48,445 bases of DNA, from contig CBFCWF010000001.1 of the NCBI GenBank assembly GCA_965601425.1, forward strand, positions 1-48,445. The letters are read 5' to 3'. Of the stretch, positions 8,618 to 19,576 are shown in pieces. Below the pieces are notes generated by a model. That model was given only the letters and a program-made list of their open reading frames with translations. It searched no databases and was not told the DNA's origin. Position numbers and translations under genes: made by a program. Numbering within the stretch: the first letter of the stretch is position 1; each line of letters begins with the position of its first letter. This DNA is from an uncultured Chromatiaceae bacterium (GTDB lineage Bacteria; Pseudomonadota; Gammaproteobacteria; Chromatiales; Chromatiaceae).

Positions 8618-9496
8618 ATGAACGACGCAGATTCGAAAATAGAACAGGTCCTGACGGCCGTGATCGGGCGGGCCGCAGACCGCACGTGTCCCCCGTTGCT
8701 GGCCCGGGCGGTGCGTTATGCGGTGTTTCCCGGGGGTGCCCGCCTCAGGCCCAAGCTGTGCCTCGCGGTGGCGGCGGCGAACGGTGACAGCGACCCGGCC
8801 CTGTCCGCCGCGGGTGCGGCGGCGATCGAGCTGTTGCACTGTGCGTCGCTGGTGCATGACGATCTGCCCTGTTTCGACAACGCCGGGCAGCGTCGCGGAA
8901 AACCCTCGGTGCATGTGGCCTTCGGCGACCAGATCGCGGTGCTGACCGGCGATGCGCTGATCGTCCTCGCGTTCGAGTCCCTCGGCCTGGCAGCCGGCGA
9001 TTGCCAGGCCCCGCAGCGGCTGCCTTCGCTGTTGGCGATCACCAGTCGCGCGGTCGGCATGCCGTTCGGCATCTCGGCCGGACAGGCCTGGGAATGCGAA
9101 CCGAGCGTCGATGTCTCGCACTACCACCAGGCCAAGACCGGGTCCTTGTTCGTCGCGGCGACCTGCGCCGGCGCGGCCGCCGCGGGCGTCGATGTCGAAC
9201 CCTGGACCCGGCTCGGCGAGTGCATCGGCGAGGGATACCAGGTCGCGGACGATATCCGTGACATGACCGCCGACGCGAAGGTGCTGGGCAAGCCGGTCGG
9301 GCAGGACGAGACGTTGGGACGCCCCAGCGCGGTGCGCGAGATGGGTGTCGACGGGGCCGTACGTCGGCTGCGCCAGCTCGTGGAGGAGGGGGTCGAGTCG
9401 ATCCCCGATTGCCCGGGCGGCGATCTGCTGCGCCTGCTGATCGTCGAGGAGTCGAAGCGTTTCGTGCCGAAAGACCTGGCACGTCGCGCTGCCTGA
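8618..9496 (+). CDS. crtE: Geranylgeranyl diphosphate synthase
   Basis: AVFPGGARLRP, CASLVHDDLPCFD (first Asp-rich motif), YQVADDIRD, GKPVGQD; GGGGGA RBS before ATG 8618. Confidence 0.95.
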   Translation: MNDADSKIEQVLTAVIGRAADRTCPPLLARAVRYAVFPGGARLRPKLCLAVAAANGDSDPALSAAGAAAIELLHCASLVHDDLPCFDNAGQRRGKPSVHVAFGDQIAVLTGDALIVLAFESLGLAAGDCQAPQRLPSLLAITSRAVGMPFGISAGQAWECEPSVDVSHYHQAKTGSLFVAATCAGAAAAGVDVEPWTRLGECIGEGYQVADDIRDMTADAKVLGKPVGQDETLGRPSAVREMGVDGAVRRLRQLVEEGVESIPDCPGGDLLRLLIVEESKRFVPKDLARRAA

Positions 9497-9502
9497 GCCG
9501 GT

Positions 9503-10663
9503 ATGGCGTTCGACGGACAGTTCTCTGGTGAAATGCCTGCGCAGTCGGCGCCACGCTGGTCGCTGCGCGATCGCTGGCTGGACCTGCGCAACCGGCTCCT
9601 GGTCGATGCGCGATTTCAGCGGTGGGCGGTGCGGTTTCCCCTGACGCGCCTGATTGCCCGCCGACGGGCGCGGCAACTGTTCGATATCGCGGCCGGCTTC
9701 GTCTACTCCCAGGTCCTGCTCGGCTGTGTGCAACTGCGCCTTTTCGAGGCCCTCGCAGCGGGGCCGCGCCGTGTCGCCGACCTCGCCGAACATGCCGGGC
9801 TGTCGCCCGCGGGCATGCGGCGCCTGCTGCTCGCGGCCGAGACGCTGCGCCTGGTTGAGAGGCGCGGCGAACAAGGCTACGGACTGGGTGAACTCGGCGC
9901 GGCGGTGTTGGGCAACCCGGGCATCGGCGCGATGGTATCCCATCACACCCATCTGTATGCCGATCTGGCGGACCCGGTCGCGCTGCTGCGCGGTCGTGAA
10001 GACACCCTGCTGTCACGCTACTGGGCCTATGCCTCGGTTGACCGACCGGACGAGCTCGACGGGGCCCAGGTCAGCGAGTACAGCGATCTGATGGCGGCGT
10101 CGCAGGCGTTCATCGCCGGCGACATCCTGGATGCCTATTCCCTGCGCGGGCACAAGTCGCTACTCGACCTCGGCGGCGGCGACGGCGCGTTCGCGGCCGC
10201 CGCCGCCGATCGCTGGCCACACCTGCGCGTGGCGTTGTTCGATCTGCCAGCGGTTGCCGAGCGTGCAAACGCACGTTTCGCACGTCTCGGCCTCGCCAAG
10301 CGGGCCCGCGCGATCGGCGGCGACCTGTTCGACCCGCTGCTGCCGTCGGGTCATGACCTGATTTCGCTGGTGCGGGTCGTGCACGACCATGACGACGAGC
10401 GGGTGATCCGGATCCTGCGGGCAGCACATGCGGCGCTGCGCCCGGGCGGGGTCTTGCTGATCGCCGAGCCGATGGCCGGCACCCATGGCGCCGAGCCGGT
10501 CGGGGAGGCCTATTTCGGCCTTTACCTGATGGCGATGGGCAGTGGGCGGCCGCGCACGCGCGCCGAGCTGGGTCTGCTGTTGCGCCAGGTCGGGTTTCGT
10601 CGCGTTCGCGAAGCCAAGACGCTGCAGCCTCTGCTGGTCCGCGTCGTTGTCGCGACGGCATGA
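9503..10663 (+). CDS. crtF: Carotenoid O-methyltransferase
   Basis: FQRWAVRFPLTR, LFDIAAGFVYSQVL, SAM motif LLDLGGGDG, RVVHDHDD, YFGLYLMAMGSGR. Confidence 0.95.
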   Translation: MAFDGQFSGEMPAQSAPRWSLRDRWLDLRNRLLVDARFQRWAVRFPLTRLIARRRARQLFDIAAGFVYSQVLLGCVQLRLFEALAAGPRRVADLAEHAGLSPAGMRRLLLAAETLRLVERRGEQGYGLGELGAAVLGNPGIGAMVSHHTHLYADLADPVALLRGREDTLLSRYWAYASVDRPDELDGAQVSEYSDLMAASQAFIAGDILDAYSLRGHKSLLDLGGGDGAFAAAAADRWPHLRVALFDLPAVAERANARFARLGLAKRARAIGGDLFDPLLPSGHDLISLVRVVHDHDDERVIRILRAAHAALRPGGVLLIAEPMAGTHGAEPVGEAYFGLYLMAMGSGRPRTRAELGLLLRQVGFRRVREAKTLQPLLVRVVVATA

Positions 10664-10672
10664 CGGATCAAG

Positions 10673-10716
10673 TGTCATATTAAATTGACATTTCAGATAG
10701 TCTAATTAAACTGACA
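10673..10716 (+). promoter_or_regulatory. bchC promoter with tandem PpsR operators
   Basis: TGTcatattaaattgACA (10673-10690) and AGTctaattaaactgACA (10699-10716), 8 bp apart; TTGACA-16-TAAACT sigma70-like elements inside. Confidence 0.88.
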
Positions 10717-10765
10717 GTTAGCCGGGTGCCGTTTGTGTACCCCGACCCTGACGAGGAATCCTGAG

Positions 10766-11716
10766 TTGAGTCTCGAGACGACAGCGGTGGTTTTTGAACA
10801 TCCCGGACAGCTGGCGCTGCAACAGATCGGTCTGGCATCGCCGGACGCCGGCGACTGCGTGGTCGACATCGAGTGGAGCGGCATCAGCACCGGAACGGAA
10901 CGGTTGCTGTGGCTGGGCCGTATGCCCGACTTCCCCGGCATGGGTTACCCGCTGGTGCCTGGCTACGAATCCGTGGGTCGTGTCGTCGACCCGGGGTCGG
11001 CGCCGGGGCTGGTCGCAGGCGAACGGGTGTTCGTGCCCGGTTCGCGCGGCTTCAGTGGCGTGCGCGGGCTGTTCGGCGGCGCCGCCGCGCGCGTCGTGGC
11101 GCCCGCCGAACGCCTGATCCCGATCGGTGATGCGCTGGCCGAGGAGGGTGTTCTGCTCGCGCTCGCCGCAACCGCTTATCACGCGTTGGCCCCGTCCGGG
11201 CGACCGGTGCTGCCGGAGCTGCTGGTCGGTCACGGCGTGCTCGGCAGACTGATCGCGCGCCTGGTCCTCGCGCTCGATGGCCCGCCGCCTGTCGTCTGGG
11301 AGCGCAACCCCGCCCGGCGTGGCGGCAATGGTGGCTACCGTGTGATCGACCCGGCAGACGATGCGCGGCGCGATTACCAGGTGATCTGCGACGTCAGCGG
11401 GGACGGCGCCATTTTTGACCCGCTGATCTTGCGTCTCGCCCGCGGCGGTCTGCTGGTGCTCGCCGGTTTCTACGAGCAGCCGGTCTCGTTCGACTTTCCA
11501 CCGGCCTTCATGCGGGAGGTCCGGCTGCAGGTGGCGGCGGAGTGGCGGCCCGAGGATCTGCAAGAGGTGCTCTCGCTGCTGCGTAGCGGGCGCCTCTCGC
11601 TCGACGGCCTGATTACGCACCGCGTGCACGCAACGCAGGCGGTGACTGCGTACCGCACCGCATTCGAAGATGCCGACTGTCTGAAAATGGTCCTCGACTG
11701 GAGATCCTGCCAATGA
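10766..11716 (+). CDS. bchC: 3-hydroxyethyl bacteriochlorophyllide a dehydrogenase
   Basis: WSGISTGTERLLW, PGMGYPLVPGYE, LAGFY, FPPAFMRE, CLKMVLDW; TTG start at 10766 after GAGGA (ORF track gives 10733). Confidence 0.95.
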   Translation: MSLETTAVVFEHPGQLALQQIGLASPDAGDCVVDIEWSGISTGTERLLWLGRMPDFPGMGYPLVPGYESVGRVVDPGSAPGLVAGERVFVPGSRGFSGVRGLFGGAAARVVAPAERLIPIGDALAEEGVLLALAATAYHALAPSGRPVLPELLVGHGVLGRLIARLVLALDGPPPVVWERNPARRGGNGGYRVIDPADDARRDYQVICDVSGDGAIFDPLILRLARGGLLVLAGFYEQPVSFDFPPAFMREVRLQVAAEWRPEDLQEVLSLLRSGRLSLDGLITHRVHATQAVTAYRTAFEDADCLKMVLDWRSCQ

Positions 11717-12732
11717 CGCCTCCCCACGTGACGTCCGCCACCTCCGCGCCACGGCCGGAGCCCGCGGCCGGGGCCAACACCGAAGTCGCGATCAACACCG
11801 ACGCGCTGGCCAGATCGCCCGCCGCCGCAAAGACCCAGATCATTGCGATCTATGGCAAGGGTGGCATCGGCAAGAGTTTCACGCTTGCCAACCTGTCTTA
11901 CATGATGGCGCAGCAGGGCAAGAAGGTGCTGCTCATCGGTTGCGACCCGAAGAGCGACACCACCTCGTTGCTGTTCGGCGGCAAGGCCTGCCCGGCGATC
12001 ATCGAGACATCGTCGCGGAAAAAGCTGGCCGGCGAGGCGGTGCAGATCGGCGACGTCTGTTTCAAGCGCGACGGTGTCTACGCGATGGAACTGGGCGGCC
12101 CGGAGGTCGGGCGAGGTTGTGGCGGGCGCGGCATCATCCATGGCTTCGAGACACTGGAGAAGCTCGGTTTTCACGACTGGGACTTCGACTATGTGCTGCT
12201 CGACTTTCTCGGCGACGTGGTCTGTGGCGGTTTCGGCCTGCCGATTGCGCGCGACATGTGCCAGAAGGTCATCGTGGTCGCGTCGAACGACCTGCAGTCG
12301 CTGTACGTCGCGAACAATGTCTGCTCCGCGGTCGAGTACTTTCGACGGCTGGGAGGCAACGTCGGTGTGGCCGGCATGGTGACCAACAAGGACGATGGCA
12401 GCGGGGAGGCGCAGGCCTTCTGCCGCGCGGTCGGGATCCCGGAACTCGCGTCGATACCGGCGCACGAGGACATCCGCCGCAAGAGTGCCAACTACGACAT
12501 CATCGGCTACCCGGACGGTGAATGGGGTCCGTTGTTTGCCGAGCTGGCCAGCAACGTTGCCGAGTCGCCGCCGCATCATCCCAAACCCCTGACCCAGGAC
12601 GGCCTGCTCGATCTGTTCAAGGGCGAGGCGGTCGGGCGCGACGTGGTGCTCGAACCCGCCTCGCTAGAAGACATGTGTGGCAAGACCACCTCGCTCAAGC
12701 CCTCGCTCGAGGTCGTGTATGAGCAAGTCTGA
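11713..12732 (+). CDS. bchX: Chlorophyllide a reductase iron protein X
   Basis: [50 protein letters not shown]; position in bchCXYZ. Confidence 0.97.
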   Translation: MTPPHVTSATSAPRPEPAAGANTEVAINTDALARSPAAAKTQIIAIYGKGGIGKSFTLANLSYMMAQQGKKVLLIGCDPKSDTTSLLFGGKACPAIIETSSRKKLAGEAVQIGDVCFKRDGVYAMELGGPEVGRGCGGRGIIHGFETLEKLGFHDWDFDYVLLDFLGDVVCGGFGLPIARDMCQKVIVVASNDLQSLYVANNVCSAVEYFRRLGGNVGVAGMVTNKDDGSGEAQAFCRAVGIPELASIPAHEDIRRKSANYDIIGYPDGEWGPLFAELASNVAESPPHHPKPLTQDGLLDLFKGEAVGRDVVLEPASLEDMCGKTTSLKPSLEVVYEQV

Positions 12733-14302
12733 GGCACAGCTGCGTGTTGGGATTCGGGCCGCATCGGCGGTTGCCGAGCCGTCCGCCGACGCCGCAGGCC
12801 GCCTGTCTGCGGGGCCGGCCGCGGTCGACGGGACGGGCTGCCATGCGGGTGCGGCGGCATTGCGTCGCGCGGCGGCGGCGGCCGGCAAGAGCCAGGTGCT
12901 CGAGCGCTATGCGGCCGACTACCCGAGCGGGCCGCACGATCAGCCGCAGAGCATGTGTCCGGCCTTCGGCTCGCTGCGAGTCGGACTGCGCATGCAGCGC
13001 ACCGCAACGGTCCTGTGTGGTTCGGCCTGCTGCGTCTACGGCCTTACGTTCACGTCGCATTTCTACGGCGCGCGGCGCAGCGTAGGTTATGTGCCGTTCG
13101 ATTCGGAAACCCTGGTCACCGGGAAGCTTTTCGAGGACATCCGTGAGGCGGTGTTCGAGCTGGCCGACCCGGAGAAGAACGATGCCGTGGTCGTGATCAG
13201 TCTCTGCGTGCCGACCGCGTCCGGTGTGCCGCTGGAACTGCTGCCGAAGGAGATCAACGGGGTGCGCATCATCGGCATCGACGTGCCGGGTTTCGGGGTG
13301 CCCACACACGCCGAGGCCAAGGACGTGCTGGCCGGTGCGATGCTCAGGTATGCGCGGACCGAGGCCGAGCGCGGCCCTGTCCAGGCGCCGCAGCGGGGTC
13401 GCAGCGAAAAACCCAGCGTGACGCTGCTCGGCGAAATCTTCCCGGTCGATGCGGTAAGCATCGGTCGCCTGCTCGAGCCGATGGGGCTGGCGGCCGGCCC
13501 GAGCGTGCCGACACGCGAGTGGCGCGAACTCTATGCGGCGCTCGACTGCGTCGCGGTCGCTGCGGTGCACCCGTTCTATACCGCGTCGATCCGCGAATTC
13601 GATGCCGCCGGGCGACGCTGCGTTGGCTCGGCGCCGGTGGGCCTCGAGGGTACGGCTGCCTGGCTCGACACGGTCGGTCAAGCCTGCGGTGTCGCCCGGC
13701 CCAGCATCGATCGCGCGAGCAATGCCGTGCTGCCGGCGATCAAGGCGGCCCTCGCGGCGGCGCCGGTCGACGCACGCATCACACTCTCCGGTTACGAAGG
13801 GTCCGAGCTGCTGGTTGCCCGGCTTCTGGTCGAGAGCGGCGCCGACGTGCGCTATGTCGGTACGGCCTGCGCGCGTACGCCCTGGTCGCAGGCCGACCGC
13901 GAGTGGCTCGAGGCGAAGGGTGTCCTCGTGCGCTACCGCGCGTCGCTGGAAGACGACCTCGCGGCAATGCACGAATACCGGCCCGACCTGGCCGTCGGTA
14001 CCACGCCGGTGGTGCAAAAGGCGAAAGAACTCGGCGTGCCGGCGCTCTACTTCACCAATCTGATCTCGGCGCGTCCGCTGATGGGGCCGGCCGGGGTCGG
14101 CTCGTTGGCGCAGGTGGTCAACGCGGCGCTCGCCAATCGAGAGCGCTTTGATCGCATGCGTGACTTCTTCGACGGCGTTGGGCGTGCCGACAGCGCGGGT
14201 ATCTGGGAAGGCGTGCCGGGCGAACACGCGGGGTTCCGTGAGCGTTACCGTCAGCAGTTGGCACGTAAGGCAAAGCGGCGCAAGGCCCAGGAGATGGTGT
14301 GA
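12719..14302 (+). CDS. bchY: Chlorophyllide a reductase subunit Y
   Basis: [51 protein letters not shown]; ATG at 12719 overlaps the bchX end. Confidence 0.96.
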   Translation: MSKSEAQLRVGIRAASAVAEPSADAAGRLSAGPAAVDGTGCHAGAAALRRAAAAAGKSQVLERYAADYPSGPHDQPQSMCPAFGSLRVGLRMQRTATVLCGSACCVYGLTFTSHFYGARRSVGYVPFDSETLVTGKLFEDIREAVFELADPEKNDAVVVISLCVPTASGVPLELLPKEINGVRIIGIDVPGFGVPTHAEAKDVLAGAMLRYARTEAERGPVQAPQRGRSEKPSVTLLGEIFPVDAVSIGRLLEPMGLAAGPSVPTREWRELYAALDCVAVAAVHPFYTASIREFDAAGRRCVGSAPVGLEGTAAWLDTVGQACGVARPSIDRASNAVLPAIKAALAAAPVDARITLSGYEGSELLVARLLVESGADVRYVGTACARTPWSQADREWLEAKGVLVRYRASLEDDLAAMHEYRPDLAVGTTPVVQKAKELGVPALYFTNLISARPLMGPAGVGSLAQVVNAALANRERFDRMRDFFDGVGRADSAGIWEGVPGEHAGFRERYRQQLARKAKRRKAQEMV

Positions 14303-15759
14303 TGCTGGTGCTCGATCACGATCGCGCGGGCGGCTACTGGGGTGCGGTCTATGTGTTCACCGCGGTCAAGGGTCTGCAGGTGATCATCGACGGGCCGGTC
14401 GGTTGCGAGAACCTTCCGGTGACCTCGGTGCTGCACTACACCGACGCACTGCCGCCGCACGAGCTGCCGATCGTGGTAACGGGCCTGGGCGAGGAGGAGC
14501 TGGGTCAGCATGGCACCGAACAGGCGCTGCGACGCGCCCACGGGACCCTCGACCCCGATCTGCCGAGCGTCGTCGTAACCGGTTCCATCGCCGAGATGAT
14601 CGGCGGCGGCGTGACGCCGGAAGACACCAGTATCGAGCGCTTCCTGCCGCGAACCATCGACGAGGACCAGTGGCAAAGCGCCGACCGGGCCATGAACTGG
14701 TTGTGGACCCAATATGGGCAGAAGCAGGCCAAGCGGCTGCGCCCCAAGCAGCGCGAGCCCGGCGACAAGCCTCGCGTCAACATCATCGGGCCCATCTATG
14801 GCTATTTCAATACCTGGTCCGATCTGGCCGAGATCCGGCGCCTGATCGAGGGCCTGGGCGCCGAGGTGAACATGGTGTTCCCGCTCGGCAGCCACCTCGA
14901 GGATGTGCCGCGCCTGGCCGAGGCTGAGGTCAATGTCTGCATGTACCGCGAGTTTGGCCGCCAGCTTTGCGAGGCGCTGGATCGGCCCTATCTGCAGGCC
15001 CCGATCGGCCTGCACAGCACGACCCTTTTTCTCGAAACCCTCGGCGAGCTGCTTGGCCTCGATCCCGCGCCGTTCATCGAACATGAGAAATACACGACGA
15101 TCAAGCCCGTTTGGGATCTCTGGCGCTCGGTGACCCAGGACTTCTTCGGCACCGCCAGCTTCGCGATCGCGGCCAACGAGACCTATGCGCGCGGGGTACG
15201 CAACTTCCTCGAACAAGAGATGGGCCTACCCTGCTCGTTTTCGTTCGCCCGCAGGCCGGGGGTGAAGCCCGACAATGCATCGATCCGCGAGGCGGTGCGC
15301 GAGAAGACGCCGCTGATCCTGTTCGGCAGTTACAACGAAAGAATGTACCTGTCCGAGATCGGGTCAAGCGCGGTTTACATTCCGGCATCGCTGCCCGGCA
15401 CCATCATCCGGCGCCACACCGGGACACCGTTCATGGGTTACGCCGGGGCGACCTACCTGCTCCAGGAGGTCTGCAACGCGCTGTTCGATGCGCTTTACAA
15501 CATCTTGCCGTTGGGCAGCGAGATGGATCGGGTCGCGGCGACGCCGGCCCGGCTGCACCGGGAACTCGCCTGGGACCACGATGCACAACAAGCGCTGGAC
15601 CGCCTGGTCGCGTCGGCACCGGTGCTGGTGCGCATCTCGACCGCCAAACGCCTACGCGATGCGGCCGAGCGTTCCGCGCGCGGTGGCGGCGAGCAAACGG
15701 TCAGTGAACGTCACGTAGCCGAGGCCAAGCGTCGCCTGGCTGCCGGCGGTGCGGCATGA
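14302..15759 (+). CDS. bchZ: Chlorophyllide a reductase subunit Z
   Basis: [40 protein letters not shown]-terminal PCP_red-like domain ([14 protein letters not shown]). Confidence 0.97.
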   Translation: MLVLDHDRAGGYWGAVYVFTAVKGLQVIIDGPVGCENLPVTSVLHYTDALPPHELPIVVTGLGEEELGQHGTEQALRRAHGTLDPDLPSVVVTGSIAEMIGGGVTPEDTSIERFLPRTIDEDQWQSADRAMNWLWTQYGQKQAKRLRPKQREPGDKPRVNIIGPIYGYFNTWSDLAEIRRLIEGLGAEVNMVFPLGSHLEDVPRLAEAEVNVCMYREFGRQLCEALDRPYLQAPIGLHSTTLFLETLGELLGLDPAPFIEHEKYTTIKPVWDLWRSVTQDFFGTASFAIAANETYARGVRNFLEQEMGLPCSFSFARRPGVKPDNASIREAVREKTPLILFGSYNERMYLSEIGSSAVYIPASLPGTIIRRHTGTPFMGYAGATYLLQEVCNALFDALYNILPLGSEMDRVAATPARLHRELAWDHDAQQALDRLVASAPVLVRISTAKRLRDAAERSARGGGEQTVSERHVAEAKRRLAAGGAA

Positions 15760-15840
15760 GCCAGGCACCGGCAGGCGGACGGTCTCCGGGGATGCGATCA
15801 ATCACAGGGTTGGGTCGGTTGACCCATCAGGAGAGTCGAA

Positions 15841-16080
15841 ATGATCTTGAAAGACACCTATAGCCACGCTTCGTTCGCGGAGCCGGTGCATCACGACAGA
15901 AAGGCGTTCCAGCGTCTGTTTCGCGTTGCGTTCGTCGTCTTTTTGCTGATTGCGGCAGTCAGCCGATTGTTGCCGCGCGCGTGGCGGCCCTTCGCATCGA
16001 GCGCGGAGGGCAGGGAATCCGCCGTTGCCGAGGCTAGGCGGGCCGCCAACACCGTGGTGCCTTTCATGTTCATACGCTGA
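15841..16080 (+). CDS. pufQ: PufQ-like small membrane protein
   Basis: AGGAG RBS; one TM helix; C-terminal EARRAANTVVPFMF resembles the PufQ tail; canonical position between bchZ and the puf genes. Confidence 0.7.
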   Translation: MILKDTYSHASFAEPVHHDRKAFQRLFRVAFVVFLLIAAVSRLLPRAWRPFASSAEGRESAVAEARRAANTVVPFMFIR

Positions 16081-16212
16081 GGTGTCGCGACCGGGACCGA
16101 CTCAGCGCGCAATGGACACACAGGCGTGAGTGGCCGAGCAGGGCAACGAGACCGGTTCAAGGGATAGACAAGACAGGGTACGCGAGCGGTTTCGACCGCC
16201 GGAGGAATAGAT

Positions 16213-17037
16213 ATGTCGATGCTAAGTTTTGAGCGCAAGTACCGCGTGCGCGGAGGCACGCTGATCGGTGGTGATTTGTTTGATTTCTGGATTGGCCAGT
16301 TTTACGTCGGGTTCTTCGGCGTCACGACCATCTTCTTTTCCTTGCTCGGTACCCTGCTGATCGTCTACGGGGCGGCCCTGGGACCGACCTGGAATCTATG
16401 GCAGATCAACATCGCACCGCCGGACTTGAAATACGGTCTGGGTCTGGCGCCGCTCAAGGAGGGCGGGCTGTGGCAGATCATCACCGTCTGTGCGATCGGC
16501 GCGTTCGTGTCCTGGGCGCTCCGCCAGGTCGAGATCTCGCGCAAACTCGGCATTGGGTTGCATGTACCCTTTGCGTTCAGCTTCGCGATCTTCGCGTATA
16601 TCACGCTGGTGGTGATTCGCCCCTTGCTGTTGGGCGCCTGGGGGCATGGCTTCCCGTACGGCATCATCAGTCACCTCGACTGGGTATCCAATGTCGGCTA
16701 CCAGTTCCTGCATTTCCACTACAACCCGGCGCACATGCTCGCGGTGACCTTCTTCTTCACGACGACGCTCGCCCTGTCGATGCACGGCTCGCTGATCCTT
16801 TCGGTAACCAATCCGCGCAAGGGCGAGGTGGTCAAGACGGCTGAACATGAGAACACATTCTTCCGCGACGACATCGGTTACTCCATCGGCGCCCTGGGCA
16901 TTCATCGCCTGGGCCTTTTCCTGGCGCTGTCTGCGGGCTTCTGGAGTGCCGTCTGCATCGTGATCAGCGGGCCTTTCTGGACCAGGGGCTGGCCGGAATG
17001 GTGGAACTGGTGGCTGCAGCTGCCCATCTGGTCTTGA
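16213..17037 (+). CDS. pufL: Photosynthetic reaction centre L subunit
   Basis: [55 protein letters not shown]; GGAGG RBS. Confidence 0.99.
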   Translation: MSMLSFERKYRVRGGTLIGGDLFDFWIGQFYVGFFGVTTIFFSLLGTLLIVYGAALGPTWNLWQINIAPPDLKYGLGLAPLKEGGLWQIITVCAIGAFVSWALRQVEISRKLGIGLHVPFAFSFAIFAYITLVVIRPLLLGAWGHGFPYGIISHLDWVSNVGYQFLHFHYNPAHMLAVTFFFTTTLALSMHGSLILSVTNPRKGEVVKTAEHENTFFRDDIGYSIGALGIHRLGLFLALSAGFWSAVCIVISGPFWTRGWPEWWNWWLQLPIWS

Positions 17038-17052
17038 AGAAGGGGAACTTCG

Positions 17053-18030
17053 ATGGCTGAGTATCAAAATATCTTTACCCGCGTTCAGGTGCGCGCGCCG
17101 GCACATCCCGGCGTGTCCCTGGGGCCCGGCAACATCTTTCGTCAGGGCGGCTCACGCTTTTCCTACTGGGCCGGCAAGTTCGGCGACGCCCAGATTGGAC
17201 CGATCTACCTCGGTCCGATCGGTGTGCTGTCGCTGCTGTTCGGTTTTATTGCGTTCGAGATCATCGGGCTGAACATGTGGGCCTCGGTGAACTGGGACCC
17301 GGTGCAGTTCGTTCGCCAGCTGCCCTGGCTGGCGCTTGAGCCGCCACCGCCAGAGTACGGCCTCAGTATCCCTCCGCTGCATGACGGCGGCTGGTGGCTG
17401 ATCGCCGGCTTCTTCCTGACCGCCTCGATACTGCTTTGGTGGATGCGGACCTTCTTCAGGGCGCGGGCCCTGGGCATGGGGACCCATCTCGCCTGGGCCT
17501 TCGCGGCGGCGATCTGGTTGTACCTGGTGCTCGGCTTCATCCGCCCGCTGCTGATGGGCAGCTGGAGTGAGGCCGTACCGTTCGGGATCTTTCCGCACCT
17601 CGACTGGACCGCTGCGTTTTCCATTCGCTACGGCAACCTGTTCTACAACCCGTTCCATATGTTGTCGATCGCGTTCCTGTATGGCTCTACGCTGCTGTTC
17701 GCGATGCACGGCGCGACGGTGTTGGCCGTCAGTCGCTACGGCGGCGACCGCGAGATCGACCAGATCACCGATCGCGGCACGGCATCGGAGCGGGCCGCGC
17801 TGTTCTGGCGCTGGACCATGGGTTTCAACGCCACGATGGAATCGATTCACCGTTGGGCATGGTGGTTTGCGGTATTGACCGTGATTACCGGTGGAATCGG
17901 CATCCTGCTGACCGGTACCGTCGTCGACAACTGGTACCTGTGGGCAGTCAAGCACGGGGTCGCGCCGGCCTACCCGGATGTGAACCCGGTACCGGTCCAG
18001 GATCCGATGACGATGGGGGCGCTGCAATGA
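17053..18030 (+). CDS. pufM: Photosynthetic reaction centre M subunit
   Basis: [56 protein letters not shown]. Confidence 0.99.
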   Translation: MAEYQNIFTRVQVRAPAHPGVSLGPGNIFRQGGSRFSYWAGKFGDAQIGPIYLGPIGVLSLLFGFIAFEIIGLNMWASVNWDPVQFVRQLPWLALEPPPPEYGLSIPPLHDGGWWLIAGFFLTASILLWWMRTFFRARALGMGTHLAWAFAAAIWLYLVLGFIRPLLMGSWSEAVPFGIFPHLDWTAAFSIRYGNLFYNPFHMLSIAFLYGSTLLFAMHGATVLAVSRYGGDREIDQITDRGTASERAALFWRWTMGFNATMESIHRWAWWFAVLTVITGGIGILLTGTVVDNWYLWAVKHGVAPAYPDVNPVPVQDPMTMGALQ

Positions 18031-19073
18031 ACGCATTCAACCGCAAGTTACGGGGCACAACGATCGGGGTTGTTTCGGCTGTCGTGCTGTTGGCAGGCTG
18101 CGAGCATCCACCCGTCGATACCGTGCAGCGCGGCTACCGAGGCCTTGGCATGGAGGCCGTCGTGAACCCGCGGCGGCTGGACGACAAGGTGGCGGCCAAC
18201 ATTCCTCCGGAGGCGCTGCCGCCGGTGCCGGCGGACGGGCCGAAGGCGTCCGAGATCTACCAGAACGTGCACATCCTCGGGGACCTCAGCATCGGCGAGT
18301 TCACCCGGCTCATGGGCGCGATCACGTCCTGGGTATCACCGGAGCAAGGCTGCCTGTATTGCCACTCGGCGGAGAACTTCGCCGATGACAGTCTCTACAC
18401 GAAGCGGGTCTCGCGCCTGATGCTGGCGATGACCCAACGTGCAAACGAAGACTGGCAGGCGCACGTCGGCGATACCGGGGTCACCTGCTACACCTGCCAC
18501 CGCGGTCAGCCGGTTCCGGCAAACGTCTGGGCAACGGATCCGGGCCCGCGACATGTGAAGGGGCTCGCGCCGGCGCAGCAGAACATCGCGTCGCCGACGG
18601 TCGCTTCGGCCTCCCTACCGTACGATCCGCTGACGCCGTTCCTGCTCCAGGACAACGAAATCCGGGTGATATCCAATACGGCGCTGCCACAGGGCAGCCG
18701 CAAGTCCATCAAGCAGACGGAATGGACCTACGGGCTGATGATGCATTTTTCCGACTCTCTGGGCGTCGGCTGTACGCACTGTCACAACTCGCGCTCGTTC
18801 TTCGCCTGGGACCAGAGCCCGCCGGAACGCACGAAGGCCTGGCATGCGATCCGGCTGGTGCGCGAAATGAACAATGTCTTCATCGATGCAGCGACCGATA
18901 TTTTGCCCGATTCGCGCAAGGGCCCGCTCGGCGATCCGCTGAAGGTGGGCTGCAAGACCTGTCACCAGGGCGCCTATCGACCACTCTACGGCGCAAACAT
19001 GCTGAAGGACTATCCGAGTCTCGCGAAGCTCAGCGGTGCCGCGGCACGTGCCAAGGCCGAAGGGGGCAGGTGA
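18027..19073 (+). CDS. pufC: Reaction-centre-bound tetraheme cytochrome c subunit (lipoprotein)
   Basis: Lipobox [14 protein letters not shown], four CxxCH motifs (CLYCH, CYTCH, CTHCH, CKTCH); ATGA overlap with pufM. Confidence 0.97.
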   Translation: MNAFNRKLRGTTIGVVSAVVLLAGCEHPPVDTVQRGYRGLGMEAVVNPRRLDDKVAANIPPEALPPVPADGPKASEIYQNVHILGDLSIGEFTRLMGAITSWVSPEQGCLYCHSAENFADDSLYTKRVSRLMLAMTQRANEDWQAHVGDTGVTCYTCHRGQPVPANVWATDPGPRHVKGLAPAQQNIASPTVASASLPYDPLTPFLLQDNEIRVISNTALPQGSRKSIKQTEWTYGLMMHFSDSLGVGCTHCHNSRSFFAWDQSPPERTKAWHAIRLVREMNNVFIDAATDILPDSRKGPLGDPLKVGCKTCHQGAYRPLYGANMLKDYPSLAKLSGAAARAKAEGGR

Positions 19074-19343
19074 GCAGTGGAACGGGTTCGGCCGACACGC
19101 GGGCTGTCCAATGGCTGTCACGCTGACAGCCCATCGGGCGACGGGACAGCGCAGTGGTCGAGCAGAACCCGCATCGGATTCTTCGGTTCCGTTCGGCAAG
19201 GCATTGGGCGGCCGGACACGGATCGGAGAGGGCGCGTGCTCGGTCGGGTACCGCCTGGCCGCAGGGCGCGCGGAAAGCCTTCGCCCCCGCGTCTGCGGGG
19301 TGTTGGCAAATAGGCCTGATGTGTAACTGAAGAGGATATCTAC

Positions 19344-19562
19344 ATGAGTGAAGAAAGTAGCCTGACCGGGCTAACCAACGATGAGGCCAAGGAGTTCCAT
19401 GATGCCTTCGTCAAAGGTTTTCTGGGATTCACCGGCATCGCCGTAGTGGCTCACATCCTGGTCTGGATGTGGCGCCCCTGCTCTAGCAGCGGCGGATCTG
19501 GACCGATCCCTCATCAAGACGACGCGGCGTTGCCGGCCCCAGCCGGCGATGCGGTTGATTAA
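19344..19562 (+). CDS. pufB: LH1 antenna beta subunit with aberrant C-terminus (probable 1-bp deletion near 19480; restored gene would end at TAG 19484-19486)
   Basis: [27 protein letters not shown]; GAGGA RBS. Reads WRPCSSS... instead of WRPW; inserting one G in CCC TGC TCT AG gives CCC TGG CTC TAG (P-W-L-stop). Confidence 0.9.
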   Translation: MSEESSLTGLTNDEAKEFHDAFVKGFLGFTGIAVVAHILVWMWRPCSSSGGSGPIPHQDDAALPAPAGDAVD

Positions 19563-19576
19563 TTTGGAGACGTGTT

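Noticed and set aside
11713-12732. NifH-like motifs suggesting nitrogenase (also bchL at 27594-28502)
   Set aside because: Specific motifs and operon context identify them as BchX and BchL.
19077-19313. 78-aa ORF after pufC as pufX or an extra antenna gene
   Set aside because: No TM helix, no antenna His motif and no clear RBS; region is better explained as structured RNA.
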